64,000 nucleotides of DNA from Podarcis cretensis (Eukaryota). The stretch lies in NCBI GenBank assembly GCA_951804945.1, contig OX638166.1, positions 39,866,001-39,930,000 of the forward strand, read 5' to 3'. This document shows positions 33,701 to 48,700 of the stretch, piece after piece. The notes beneath the pieces are model-generated. The model did not search any database and was not told the origin of the DNA. It was given only the letters and a program-made list of their open reading frames with translations. How positions within the stretch are numbered: position 1 is the first letter of the stretch; each line of letters opens with the position of its first letter. Position numbers and translations under genes: made by a program.

Positions 33701-36700
33701 CATTGTACTGTATTTGTTCCCAACAAGCTGGTGCAGCTACCCTTCTGTGTATTTTTTTTTACCTTTTTTGAGACTCCTCTAAAATATATCCCAGTGGCTT
33801 TAGCCCCCAATGGCTAAGTGGAGTGTCCATGTTGGAAGCACTGCCCTTCTGGCCCCATAAGCGGCTTGTGTCATTGTACATGTTGCCTACTATTGGGGAG
33901 AGAGGATGCTGCACTTCGCATCAGAGTTTGTCTGCCACATTGTGTGTTCTTCTGTTGGAGTGGCTGGAGCAACCCAGACAGATGGGTGGGCTTACAAGTA
34001 ATTACAAGTGGTGGGGATTGTCAGTTAAGTGGGAGTAGAGAAGAAACTATTTTTCATTGAAGGGTCTCTCTCCCTCTTCTTCTGCTGACAGCTAAGGAAA
34101 CAATAGACAAAGTTGTGCAATCTGTTCCTGCTCCCTCTGCAGAGATCAGCCGCTCCCTTCTTTATTGCCCAGTTCAGCAGATCCTTTTGTATCCTAATAG
34201 CTGTTGCTTACTGCCTCATTTAATGTTTAGAAGCGCTGACCCTTTAGAGTTCCTGTAATTGGGAGGGCTCTCCAGGGCTACGCATCCTACAGTGCGGGGT
34301 GAGGGAGAGGTAAGGAGAAAGGGAAGAGCCATGCTTCTCCTGACCCCCAACACTCACTCATTCACTCACTCACTCACTCACTCACTCTTGTGCTTGGACC
34401 AGTGACATAGCGTTGGTTGCCGGCACCTGGGGAGAGCGCTTGCCAGCCCAACCCTCACCACCAACGCCGCCAGAGCAAAGCAAGGCTGCCCTGAGATGCC
34501 TGCCTGCCTGCCTGCGCAGAGGGGATCCTGGCCAGGGGGGATCCTTGGCGAGTGGAGAGAAGCACTGAGGTCAAAAATTGTGCGCCTGGGGCCATGGCAC
34601 CCCTGGCTTGGGCCACACCAAACCATGGCTTTAAGGTCTCCAAACATACTTTAAGGCTTCCAGGCTTCCCAACACCTGCTTTTGCTCCCTGCTTGGCATT
34701 TCATCTTCTAGCTACAGTGGCCTGCAAAAGTGGAGCAACAGCTATCAACTGTGCCTTATCTGTTTCAGTGTCAATGCTAAATGATAGCTAAACTTCCTTC
34801 ACCATTGTCTTGCATTAGATCTGAGTCAGGCCACACTCTAATACTGTTTAAGTGTGTCCCTGAACAGTCATTGGCAATGAGATGAGCAGTCCTTGTTTGT
34901 TTTTATCATCATTCTCTTTCCCTCAAGGCCTCTTCCCTGTTCGTTGCTGACTGCTCCTCTGTCCATGAGACACAACAAGGGCATTGTTGCATACGAAGCT
35001 AGAAGTGCCTTGAGTTATTTACCCACTCCATTGACATGTATGGCTTGCTACATTTTCTTTGCTGTCATTTTGACAGTTGTGGTTTTCCCAAAGGGTTCAG
35101 GGCATTATAGTTTGTGGAGGATGCCAAGAAACCTATAGCCCTCCCTTGCAGAAATCACAGCCCACACCCCAGCAAGCCTGGATGCTATAGGACAGAATGC
35201 TGGCCTCTGTTGCCAAACTGAAACCTGGTCATGAAGACTCTTCCTCTCTACTTCAGTGGACTCCTGAAACTACTTGGAATCACTTTCTTTTGTGTTCAGT
35301 AGGGCTTACTTTCAGGTCAAGGTTGCATAGTACTGCTGCCTTAGGTCATGATCTCACACTGCATTTCCATCAGAGGCCAAGAATGATTATGATTATTCCC
35401 TGCTCTTCACTCCAGCTGCAAACCTTTGGAGCCAGTCAGTAGCTAGGTGTTACTTGAGTACCCACCTGTTGCCTTCAGTATTAGAGACCTGCTATACCAG
35501 GAATGCGCGTGGCGCTGTGGGTTAAACCATAGAGCCTAGGACTTGCCGATCAGAAGGTTGGCGGTTTGAATCCCCGCAACAGGGTGAGCTCCCGTTGCTC
35601 GGTCCCTGCTCCTGCCAACCTAGCAGTTCGAAAGCACGTCAAAGTGCAAGTAGATAAATAGGTACCGCTCCGGCAGGAAGGTAAATGGCATTTCCGTGCA
35701 CTGCTCTGGTTCGCCAGAAGTGGCTTAGTCATGCTGGCCACATGACCTGGAAGCTATACGCCAGCTCCCTCGGCCAATAAAGCGAGATGAGTGCCGCAAC
35801 CCCAGAGTCGGTCACAACTGGACCTAATGGTCAGGGGTCCCTTTACCTTTACCTTTACACCAGGAACAGGGAACTTGTGATCCTCCAGATCAGCAGGTCT
35901 CAACCTGTGGGTCCCCAGATGATGTTGGACTACAACTCCCATCATCCCTGAGCTCTGGCCTTGCTAACTAGGGGTGATGGGAGCTGTAGTTCAACAACAT
36001 CTGGGGATCCACAGGTTGAGAAAGGCTGCTCCAGATGGTGATGTTGGACTACAACTCTCATCTTCCCTGACCACTAGCTGTTTTGATTGCGGCTGATGGG
36101 AGTGGAAGTTAAGTGCCACCTATAGGGCCACAGGTTCCGCATCTCTGTGCTGCACCTTTGGGAAGGCCACAATAAAGCAACTGGGTTCCAGTTAAAGCTG
36201 CTGTCTCACTCCCACTTTTTACTTCTTAAAAGGTGACGTGAGCATTGGCATCAAGTGTGCACCAGGCGTTGTGGGCCCAGCAGAGGCAGACATAGACTTT
36301 GACATCATTCGGAATGACAATGACACCTTCACAGTCAAGTACACCCCCCGTGGTGCTGGCAGCTACACTATTATGGTGCTTTTTGCTGACCAGGTAAGAG
36401 CTCCTCTTACTGCAGAAGGGTGGGGGTGGGGAGGAGGCAACAAGGGTGTAGGAAGCAGTGTTTTCACTTGCTTCATGTTCACCTGCAGGCCACCCCCACC
36501 AGCCCCATCAGAATCAAGGTGGATCCCTCACATGATGCCAGCAAAGTCAAGGCCGAGGGACCTGGACTCAACAGGAGTGGTGAGCTGGGGGACGCTCTGT
36601 AAATGGGGGTGAATTGGGGCTGAACTTATGGCTAGGTATCAGGATCCTTGGAGCCTAAGCTGGAGCAAGGATGACTAAAATTCCCCCCAAAGGTACCTGT

Positions 36701-39700
36701 TTCTCTTAAAATTTGTGCAGGAGCTTTGAAGCTCCAACTCTTTAGACCCACTGATTCCCATACTTAGAAGTATGCATGACTCTGGATCCAGGACGGTGCT
36801 TGTGTTATGGACCGCCAAATAGTGGGGGCATGATTTATCAATCCTTAGTGGGATGGGGCTTTGTTAGTCCTCAGTACTCCTTGAGTAGCATTTCTATCCC
36901 TCCCTCCCACACTGATAGGATCCTGCGAGTAACCAGGGATTATTGGGAATGCTCCCAGGAGGTCACATGGGGGGGAAGGGGCTGTGGTTGGGTTACAGGC
37001 CTTCCTTCCTCTACTGTCCAAAGTTTCTCTCAAGTTTATGAGGAGAGGGCATCTAAGGGCATTCTCCCTCCAGTGTTGTCCCATCTCTTAGGCAGAAATC
37101 CTCAACCACCCCTTTGGAAGTCAAGAGTGGATGGTGTGAGGAAGGAAATGGGAATACTGAGCCTCTAGTATGGACAGCTGAAGGCAGCTGACAAAAGCAT
37201 TTTATTGAGTGTCCCAATTTGCAAAATTGGTAGAACTCAAACCTAGGCAAGAGATGGCTTTGGGCGAATGGTTTGTGTCCTAAACTGGATGATTGGGGTG
37301 GGGGGATTTCGGTAAGCATTGTACTAAGGAGCTTATTAGAAAAGTTGTTTAACTTTCACCTCCCTTCACTACAGGTGTGGAGATAGGCAAACCAACCTAC
37401 TTCACAGTCAACACAAAGGCAGCTGGCAAGGCTAAGCTGGATGTCCAGTTCACTGGCCCGGCCAAAGGAGAGGCTGTTAGAGACTCTGAAATAATTGACC
37501 ACCATGACAACACTTATACTGTCAAATACACCCCTGTGCAGCAGGTGAGTGATGGGGAGGAGACATGGGATCTTAAGGGCTCTCTTATCCCTGAGGCAAG
37601 ATTTCTTAGTCAGTAGCAGACTTCATCCCAGAATACACAAAGCCAGCTAGGATCTGGCGTCTTCAAACTCTAATAAGAGCAAGGAAAGAGGAACCTTGGA
37701 ATGGCAGCTTTAGGCAAATAGGATGGTTTGTGGCTTGCATTTAGGGTTGGTGTTCTAGCCTAGTCTTGTCCTGGAGGTGCTGTATGCAATGTCTCCCCCT
37801 CCCCTCACGGAGGAGCCCTTGCTAAGTGTTGGGAGGTGTTGCTGTCCAGATACAGGCTTACAGTCTCAGTTAAAGTAGTCTTTAAAATCTACTCAGGTAA
37901 GAAACTAGATTTGGCTGTGGCTTGGAGTTGGCAGGATGAGGGCGGGAGAAGGCTGTCTCTTTATCACTCAAAAATGGTGTCTTTAAGTGATGACAGTCAT
38001 GGTTCTTGACTTTCAGGGTAACATTGGAGTGAATGTTACATATGGAGGAGACCACATCCCCAAAAGCCCTTTCAGTGTGGGAGTGGCACCCACCCTGGAC
38101 CTCGGCAAGATCAAGATCTCTGGACTTGGCGACAGTATGTATCCCAGTGACTTAAATGCATTTATGACATCATTATAGCATACTTTTGGCCAGCATGAGG
38201 GCTACAAACCTGCTTCTAAAACAGGCATATGGATCTCCAGATTTTTGCACAGTAACAGGACGGGCTCTTTGTGAAGTCATCCTGGCTCTGGTTGCATCAC
38301 TGCATGCCTCTATTATTTCATCTGTTCAAAATTTCAAGCTGCGGTCTTTCTTGGCTGGTATACCCAAAGAAAATGTCTTTAAAATGTAAAAGTCTTTGCT
38401 CATTAGACTAAGCCTAATTTTATAAAAGCAGCACAAGAGTCAAATTTGGGAATAAGGTAAGATAGCTCTAGTAAAGGTATTGTGTTCCTACAAGTTATAA
38501 TTTGATCTAAACCCACCCTTAAATTAGTTAGTTTGTCTCTGCCCCCCTCCTTTCAAATGAAGATTGAGTTGAACTAGTTCAGTCTTCCCCCAACTTGGTG
38601 TTTTCCAGATGTTTTCAACTACAATGTGCTTGGGGCGAACCATGTTGTAGTCCAAAACATCTGGAGGGCACCAGATGTGGAGGAGGGTGATGCCTGAACT
38701 GTACAGCTGCTGTTTACACAACCCTTGTTGGGTTTCTTAAAAAAAAAAAGATTATTAAAAGGTAACCACCTAATAAAAAAATGATCTATCACACACTTAA
38801 AGGTCTACTCTGCTTCTCTGCAGCCATTGGCTTGTCTGAAGTAGGTCGGCCATGTCAACTTAATCCCTGAGGATTACAATACAGCCAGTGTTTGCAACTG
38901 GCTGGTAAAGCCTTCTGGGATCAGACCAAGAGCCCATCTGTTCCAGCATCCCTTGGGAGGTTTTGGCCCCTGCAAAGCAGATCCAGGCAGCACAGAAGAA
39001 ATGTCCACACTGAGAAGTCTTGCATTAATAGGGTTTTGCAGGCCTGCAATTTTGCAGAGCAAATGTAGAATAGTTTTGCTCTGTTGCTTGCTGTCTTGGG
39101 TTTATGAGTTCCAGGAGGCATTGTCCTTCAAGCATACTCACTTTTGCAAATGTACTTTTACAGCCATAAAAACTAGTGTGGGACCTTTCCTGAGTCTTGG
39201 GGCCAAATCACATTGCCCTTAAAACACACAGAGTTCTGCCCAAAATGGCGGCAGCAGCACATCTAGCACTCCTGGTTCTCATCCGCATCCTCTCCCCCAG
39301 CAGCAACTCACCCATTAGAACTTGCCCTGGGGTTTCAGTCAGCTGCATTTTTGCCAACCCAGCTCCCGCCATCCTCTTCACCAGCCTGTGATGTGAAGCA
39401 GCGACATCATAATTTTATTTGTATGCTTCCCTCCTCCTACAAAAAAATCAAAGCAGCTTTTGCAGCCTAGGAAACTGGAATGCATCTCAATCAGTTGTCA
39501 CAAGAACAATTTCACGGCAAAAGAAAATCGCAATGGCAAATATAACAGTGTACAAAACCCATAATTGCAGTGCTATAAATATAACAAGATTACATTAACA
39601 CCACATTTCCTGGCAATAGCAGAAATAACAAGGGGAGCTGGGGGGTTTCCCCTTAGTCCTAGCAAATGCACCTCCCATGATGTTGCCTGTTGTGGCAGGG

Positions 39701-42700
39701 CTAGCAAGCCTGCTGCATGTTAAGGGTGAAGCTCAATGCAATGGCCTTTGGAGTGGCAGCTGTGCGAGTCTGCAGAATGATTCTAAGCTATTGCAGCAGC
39801 ATTCTCCTTCTGCCCATCTCCACCCTCCCCCTTGACACATTGCAGTTTCTGTGCTATGCATGTGTGTACATTCCTCCCCATACCATGTGGCAGAGCCTCC
39901 ACACAATAAAAATCCCTGTCAACCCATCTGTGCTACCAACATCAGCAAGCTTTAAACTGGTCTTGTGGAGTCTTGCCCCAACAAGATTGGGGGCATTTTG
40001 ACACACAGGCAATCATCTACTACACCCCCCCAGGAAGGGTTTTGGGGTTCCATGGAGGTCAAACCATGACTGGAAAATTCCCCATTTTTAGATGCCTCCC
40101 AAGTGGCAGCTGGATTAAATTCTTTGCTTCCTGGAGACCTGCCAGGGCCAAATGATTGGAAGCACTCCAAGGGCTTTGTTTTTTTCAGGAAACATTAGTC
40201 ATGCCAGTATTTCTCCCTCCCCACACACAACTTAACCCCAGCCACAGAGTATTGTCACCTTCTCTAGGCCTTAGGAAGTGGTGCCATAAATCTGAGAAAC
40301 CGCTATCTAGGAATCCAGCAGATGGTTCTGTCTTTGCAATTCTTAAACCGCTCTCTATAGGGCAGGCAGGGCAGTGTACTTGGGGGTAGGAATACATGGC
40401 CCGGAAGAAGAGGATCTCTCCCCTCCTTTTTTAATTCAAAGGGCCAAATACACTTAAGATCTGACACAAACATGCACACGGATGTATACCCCCACTCTAC
40501 CCCCCGCACATTGTTTTTTGCAGAAGTGGAAGTGGGCAAGGACCAGGAGTTCACCGTCAAGTCCAAGGGGGCTGGTGGCCAAGGCAAGGTGGCTGCCAAG
40601 ATCACAGGCCCCTCCAGCAAGCCTGTGCCCTGCAAGGTGGAGCCAGGCCTCAGCTCTGACAACAGCGTGGTGAAGTTCATCCCCCGGGAAGAGGGGCCTT
40701 ATGAAGTAGACGTGACCTATGATGGTGTGCCAGTCCCAGGCAGCCCCTTCCCTGTGGAGGCTGTACCCCCCACCAACCCATCCAAGGTAGGAGCTCCTCA
40801 CACACACACACACCCCAGTTAACATGACAGAGGGATTGGGCCTTGTTGGCTGATTCATAGTCTCTGTGTGGAGGCGCAGAACAGCCGTCTGCTCACCACC
40901 TCCTGTGTTCTAGAACTCTGTGCGGTTTCTTGCAGCATGTATGTGGTGGTGGTCTCATGGGGCATGCACAGAGTGCCCTGTTTTTGAAGTGTCTTTCCTC
41001 ACTGAATTTGTTTTGTCCTAAATCTTGACTTTTCTTCCTGTCTCAAACCTTCCATTCTTGTAACTTCACAGTACAATAACATTCTGACCTAGCCAGCAAG
41101 CTCTAGCCATTTCATGTACTTAGACCAAGCCAAGCGGGCCTGGTTAGGGGGCATACGGAGGCCCTGTGGACAGGAAACCTCTATTATGCAGACAGCAAAC
41201 CCTTAAGAGTCTAGATTAATCTGACGGTGTGGGTGTTGGTTCTTCCAGTGGGTGGGGGGGCTTAAATATTTGTGTGTGTGCACATGCCTAATAAAGTGTA
41301 TGTGTGACCATAGTAGGAGAGATGCATCCTCTCCCTGGGCAAATTAGTGCTTGAGTTTCCAAAAATACCCTAAAACCTGAATGCCCTTAATTCTTCTTTT
41401 CTGAAAAGGAGGGCTTGTCTAGTAGTGCAGACGAGTCGAGGTGGGGGCTGTACTGACTAATTTCTGGGTGGGGGAGCCTGCTGTTCTCCTCCATATGTTG
41501 TAAGACCCCAAGTCCTATCATCCCTGACCATTGGCCATGCTGGCTGCTGGGACTGCTAGGAGCTGGGAGTAAAATGGCACCTGGAAGACGGGCCCCGGTC
41601 CCCCATCCTCCCTGGACTAGAGCCTTCTCATTGCTGTGTTAACTTGTCTCTGGGTGGTTGCCGCTGTAGATGGAGATCTGCACACACCTCCATGAACTCA
41701 GTCACTCAGAGCTCTGCATAGATCTGAAGGGGCAAGTTGACCATTTAGAAAGCATTTATCTTCATCTGGGTGCAGCAAATAGTCACCTTTTGAAGGTGGG
41801 AGGGTTTGCCTTGATAAATCATTTTTATTTAAAGGTCTTGTTTGATGGGCCAAAATGACCATGGAGCATTCTTCTTCTGTCTTCTCTTTCCTTGTTCCCC
41901 CTGCCCTTGGCCTGTCCCAGGTGAAGGCCTATGGACCAGGCCTGAAGGGCGGCTTGGCTGGCGCTCCTGCCCCCTTTACCATAGATACCAAAGGGGCTGG
42001 CAACGGAGGCCTTGGCCTGACTGTGGAGGGCCCTTGTGAGGCCAAGATCGAGTGCCTGGACAATGGAGATGGCACCTGCTCCGTCTCTTACCTGCCCACG
42101 GAGCCTGGCGAATACAACATCAACATCCTCTTTGCTGACACCCATGTGCCGGGCTCTCCCTTCAAAGCCCAGGTGCTGCCTGGCTTTGATCCGTCCAAAG
42201 TGAAGTGTTCTGGGCCAGGGCTGGAGCACGCCACGGTGGGGCAGGCGGGAGAGTTCAGCGTGGACTGCTCCAGCGCCGGCAGCGCAGAGCTCACCATTGA
42301 GATCATTTCGGAAAGCGGCACACAGGCTGAGGTCCACGTGCGGGATAACGGCGATGGCACCTACACCATCACTTACATCCCTCTCTGCCCGGGGGTCTAC
42401 ACCATCACAATCAAATACGGTGGGCAGCCTGTGCCAAACTTCCCCAGCAAGCTCAACGTGGAACCAGCTGTGGACACGTCTGGAGTTAAAGTCTACGGGC
42501 CCGGAGTGGAAGGCAAAGGTGAGGCTGGCTGGGCCCTCTCGGAAGAGTGTCCCAGTGGGACTTGGCGTTGAGTAGTCTGCAGCCTGTCCTAGGAAGTTTA
42601 TGGCTTGGGTTTGGAAAGGAGAAAGGGAATTGCTGTGACAAATTTGTGCCAGCCTAATTTGAATTTACATGGCTTGCCTGAGCTGCAGGAGGAAAACGTA

Positions 42701-45700
42701 ATTGCCCGTCTGTATTTTTGGGAATAATTTTGTTCCCCCCTAGTTATAGGGTAGAGGCATTGGAAGTTTCAAACAACCCTCTTGGGGCTTCCTTCAGATT
42801 TCACCAGGCATTATCCTTATAGAAATTTTCGTCACAGACAGAAGGGGTAAAAAATCAAACCTGTTATATTCTGGTGACAAGTGGGCACAGGATGCTGGCA
42901 AACCATTTTGTCCTGAGCCTGGGACTTCATAATAAGGGGACTGGAGGTGTAGGCTAGGGAGGAGAGTAATTGTGTGTGGGGTGGGTGGGTGTGTGGGTGT
43001 GAAGACCCTTCATGTCAAGCTTGGCTGTGATAGATGGTCTCCATCTTGCCCTGAACATGTCTTATTTGGCCTGGGGATACGTCTGGCGATGGGTGCAAAC
43101 ACCTTGGGGCTTTGGCTCAGACCCACATTCCAAATTACTTTCCCAGGTGATGCTGGATACAGTGCAGGGCCTCAGGTCATTCATGAAACAGGATGCAAAA
43201 AGAGACTGGGTTGGGAGAGTCCTGTTGTGCAGCCTCCTTCTGTATTCTGTGACTTCTGACCCTGCTTGTGCTCACCAGGTGTGTTCCGTGAAGCCACCAC
43301 AGAGTTCAGCGTAGATGCACGAGCCCTGACTAAGGCTGGAGGCCCTCATGTCAAGACGAGAGTCTCCAATCCCTCAGGAAACCTGACTGAGAGCTATGTG
43401 CGTGATAATGGGGATGGGACCTACAATGTGGAGTACACTCCATATGAAGATGGTGAGAGAGCTGTGCAATGGCAGGGAGGGGTGTTCATGGTGTGGGGAG
43501 CCCCCTTGGGTACTGATGGTGCAGACCCTAATGGAGGGGCTGTGGATTTCCAAAATCCTATTCAACGCTTGCCTCACAAGCCTGCCCTTTTTGCTTTGAA
43601 AATGTGCCCAGTTTCATGGGCAATTAATGCTGTTGTTCAGTCTTCAGTGTTGGTCACCTGAGACTTCTGTCCCTAGCATTGGGCAAGATGAGCTGACCTC
43701 CTTTTTGGAAACTGTAGAGAGTGAAAATGTGTGTGTAGCATGCACACATGCTCTTTAATCATGACTGTTAAGCATGTGCTCCATCAAACATTTTTGCCTC
43801 ATATATCAAAATGTTTTGGGTTGCTTGAGCCTGGGCATTAAGGGAATAGTGCTAGAGGTGTGAGCTTGGCTGCCACCAGACTGCGCACACCTGAGGTCAC
43901 AGGAGGGCTTCCGCAATGCATAGGCTTTGAAGTTCGAGGCATAGCACCCAAGAGCTTTCCCCCTTCTTCCTCTTCAGGTGTCCACTCTATTGATGTGACT
44001 TACAATGGCAGCCCTGTGCCGAGCAGCCCCTTCCGCGTGCCAGTAACAGAAGGATGTGACCCCACAAGGGTTCGAGTGCATGGTCCTGGCATCCAAAGTG
44101 GGACCACCAACAAGCCCAACAAATTCACGGTGGAGACCAGGTAAAACTGGAGAGAGACCAAGGAGGATTGCTGTGCAAAGGGGCCTGAGAAGGGCATTGC
44201 TGCCTGGTTTGGGCAGCCGACCAGGCCTGCTCCCTTGGGGGGTGCAGCCCAGCCCTCAAAAGAAGCTGTGCTAATCTGGAATGGGCAGGAAGGAGGTCAT
44301 CTGCCACCCTCTAATGGATCACCTTGGTGACTGCTAGGAATCTTGCAGGAATGCTGGGCTTTAATATGCAATAGCAAAAAGTAAATTAAAAGTTTTGTGC
44401 TTTTTATAATATTGCAGGCGAAGCACCTTTAGTAAAGGTTTTATTCTTTTAGTGTTTTGAATCTTAGTCAGTTGCTTTTGTGTGGTAAGTGACAAATGTA
44501 ATAAATGTGAAAAGCATCTCTTTAATGAGATGAGATCTTGTCCAGCTTTTTGTGGTCATAGTAATGCAGCACTGAGCTAGTTGGAGAAGCAGCCTGGAAA
44601 ATGAAGTCGGCTCCTAGCAGTAGCACTTCTAACTTCTAAAGGTGGTGAGAACATAAGAAAAAATGCTCTCTCAGTTGGGATTCCTTTGCTTTGCATCGTA
44701 TCTGCTCCCTTCATGGCCCAAAGATTGGTGTTAAAAGGATAAGCAGGAAAACATGGTTGGAAGGGCAGATAAGACTAGGCAGGCTGTGATCTGATCCAGC
44801 CACCCAAGCTCTTAAGTAGACAAAACAAGATAGCATACTTAAGGTACAACTAATCCTTAAGGCAACCAAAATGGCTTCTTGCTCTGTGAATTTTAAAATG
44901 CATTGGCCTGTGGGGATTTTAGCTTTTTAAGAGTTCACACAAGATTCATTGGCCCACCCCAGAACTGTTCTTAATGGAAGCACTTCCACTTCCACTGCAC
45001 TTCTAAGTTGCTTGAACAGGAGCTTCCTAGTTCACTTCCTCGATCTTCTTTGCCTGAGGCAATGAGTCTGTGGCGACTCCCACTATCACAGGCTTTGATT
45101 TGTTGATCAATTGGGGCCTTTTAGAGTCAAAACTGGTTTCTTCTTCTACAGGGGTGCTGGTTCTGGTGGACTGGGCCTAGCTGTTGAAGGTCCCTCTGAA
45201 GCAAAGATGTCATGCACTGACAACAAAGATGGCAGCTGTTCTGTGGAATACATTCCCTATGAACCTGGCACCTACAACCTCAACGTCACTTATGGTGGCC
45301 ACCAAGTGCCAGGTACCGATTGGGGCTGGGTTGTGCGTGTGGCAGTGGTAGGCAGGAAGTGGCAGGGGCAACTGATTTATAGGTTGGTGTTGGTGGTATC
45401 TTCTGTCGCTCTTGGCATACATGGCCCTGGAGAGGGAGAGGGAGCCTCTGGCCCATGGTCCTAGTGAGGACTAACCTGGCCCACAATAGTTTCCCCTGAG
45501 TCCTGCCCACCTGCCCATCATACAGCATTTGGTGTGAGGCAGGTAAAGATGCGTCTTCCTGCCTAAAGTGGGATTTGACTGAATTGCTGTTGGGGATTGC
45601 AATGTTTTGTGCCTTTGGCCAAGTGCTTTGATTTTGCACTGCCTGGGCAAAGGAAACACATTGCCAGCTGCCATGGTGACATCAGGTGATTGACACCTGG

Positions 45701-48700
45701 GTGGCCCTGTGCACCTGCCAAAATGGCTGACAAGGTCTGGGTGACCTAAGGATCTGGTCCACTGACCTGAAAATATTGCTCTTCCCTTGGCTCCACAATT
45801 CAATTGTTGCTCTTGATTTTTCACCACTTTGGTGTTTTCTTTTTTGCGGGCAGGGCACTGGTGGAAATTTAGGCTGCCTTTCTAGCCAAAAGAGAGGCAT
45901 ATAGTCCCATTAGCCTCTCCTGGCACCTAAATAATGAAAGCAAGATTTCAAACTGCCCAAGGTTCTTTGGCCTAAATATTCTGCAAAACAAGTTCATATC
46001 CATCTCTGTTTTGCGTTCTTGGTGCACTTCTTCAGCTCTCCTCTGAGTAATCTCCAGCAAAGCAGGAGTGGGCTGGGCCTGCAGGATGGTGTAATGCTTA
46101 GTGTGGGATCAGAGGCTGCGGACCGTAGGGCATGCCACATAGGGGTGGGGGACCTGTGACTCCCCAACTCCCATCATTGCTGAGGATTGGTCATGCTGCC
46201 TGTGGCCCTTCCAGCTCTACAATTCTATGGTTTTATGATTGTATGCTTCACTTGAGTCCCCTGGAAGATCAAAGAGACAGGCAATTGGATTGCAAATAGG
46301 ACTTGCTGGTTAGGAAAGTTGGCCTCCTGAAACATAAGCGTGGGTGGGACTCAAAAGCAAGAGACTTCTTCTAAAACTGCATTTGATGTAAGGAGTGTGT
46401 GCTTTACCTGAAACCCTGCAGTGGTTTCTGGGCTCAAATCCAACTTTTTTCATCGCCTTCTCTCTCTCTCTCTGCATAGGGAGCCCCTTCAAAGTGCCTG
46501 TGCATGATGTGATAGATTCATCTAAAGTTAAATGTTCAGGCCCTGGCCTGACTCCAGGTGTTGTCAGAGCCAATGTCCCCCAGTCCTTCACGGTTGACAC
46601 CAGCAAGGCAGGTGTGGCACCCCTCCAGGTCAAAGTTCAGGGCCCTAAAGGTAAGCAAATCTCGGCTTGACTAGACCAGTAGTTCCTTCCTGGGGCTTGG
46701 CTCTTCTCTCACCTGTTGAACTCTTCCTGCAGGAGTGGTGGAGCCTGTAGATGTGGTGGACAATGCTGACGGGACTCAGACCGCGAGCTACGTGCCAAGC
46801 CGGGAAGGCCCATACAGCATTGCTGTGCACTATGGAGATGAGGAGGTGCCCCGCAGGTATGGGCTGTGGGTTGGCGCTGTAGGCCAGAGGGAAGACAGTG
46901 AGACTCTGAAGCCTCCTTAGGACAGAAGCTTGGTACACTGAACATTCATAAGAAAGCTTCTAGCCTCTCTGAGCCAAGGCAGAGACTCTAACAGTGATGG
47001 CTGCTTTTTGACGTTTCCAAAGCTTCAGATGATTTCGCCATTTACTAGAAATCCAAAGTGTTTGTAAACCCAGCACTTGAGAATCTGAGGCTTGGGGACT
47101 TGCCTCTCAGGATAATGTTTTTAAAGTTGCATTGAACACGTTGGGCAAGTTGTTTGAGAGAGGGCCTCTGCAAATCTTTTAAAGACTCCCATGTAATCAA
47201 TGTTGGAAGCAAAACCTCATGCCACAGATCTTTTTGTCTCTTGCTGTTGACAGGCAAATTGTGTCAGAGCAAAAACTGGCACAAGACTTGAAAGCTTTTC
47301 CTGGAACACTGAGCCCAGTGTACAGTGTCTTGCACTTACCAGTTGTTTCTGCCGAACGTGCTGTTCTGTCAATGGGAACTTCTCATTGGTAGAGGATTCC
47401 ATCAGGCTGCAGTGGCCTCAGATTGGTATACGATGCCTTTATTCTGTGTAAGAGAAAGATGAGTAGCCCTTAATGATCCTGTGGGGGAACACCTGTGCAC
47501 CCTGGAATTGAGGGATGGGGGTGTGGTCATTTCTGTCATTTCTGCCTAACATTAACAGAGGCACTTCTCTCCCTCCCTCTTTTATATGCTCACAGTCCGT
47601 TCAAGGTTAAGGTTCTTCCCACACATGATGCCAGCAAGGTAAAGGCTAGTGGCCCAGGGCTGAACACAACAGGTGTGCCAGCCAGCCTGCCTGTGGAGTT
47701 CACAATTGATGCCAAGGATGCTGGAGAGGGCTTGCTGGCCGTCCAGATCACCGTAAGTGGAACAATGTCCGAAGGGGAGATGAATGCAGGTTGGGGGTTG
47801 TTGTGAGAAGTCCTTCAGGGCAGAGGGGTCGGTTCCACGGTAGATACTTGGGGGGAGAAATCAATGGGAGATGATGTGGAAAAGACTGGGACAAGTCTGA
47901 AGGTACACATAAGCTGCAGTCAGGTGGACTGTGAGCTCCTTCATTCATTCATGTGGTGACACTGCCTTGTGACAACATCCTCACTGATTTCTATAAGCCC
48001 TATGGTTGCATAGCCATACTTGCTGTCTTGTACAGAGGTGGGAGCTTTGATAGCATTTCCAAATGGCAGAAAATGCTGCCTTGTTCATTTTCCAGAGCTT
48101 TCTGCCCTTGACTCAGGCTACCCTTCTCATCCTATACTTAGAAGGGCCACCAACTCTGCACTTGGTGAGAGTCTCTTGACTCCTGAGTATCCCACTGCAG
48201 CAAGACAGTAGATTTCAGTACTCATTTTGAACCAGAGGTCTATAGTGGTGGCAAGCCTTAAGCTGAGCTTGCATCTAAAGCATAACAAAGGTTTTATGTA
48301 GGTCACTGACCAATTTCACAACTCCTCCTTGGTAATCCCAGTTTATTCATGCCTTGCTCAGCCCCCCACCCCCCTTTTTAAACATAAAATGTCCTTTCAG
48401 TGCTTTCCTATGTAACAGCAAGAAATGCTTGTGGCGGCGGCTGTCTTCTTGTGCCATACTGGGTTCAAGTGGGTTTTCACTCATACAAATTCCTGTCAGA
48501 TTCTCGTGACCATAACAACTTTGGGGCAGGGACCTAGGTTTTGAATGGCTCCTGCAGTTGCCGCCTCTTAACTTGAAATGCTTGCCTTCCTTCTAAACCC
48601 CCCTTCCTGTGCTGTGCCGTGGCCAGGATCCTGAGGGCAAGCCCAAGAAAGCCACCATCCGTGACAACCAGGATGGCACCTACACTGTGTCGTATGTCCC

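Noticed and set aside
41825-42360. Antisense ORFs overlapping FLNA exons
   Set aside because: Shadow ORFs caused by codon bias of the sense exons.
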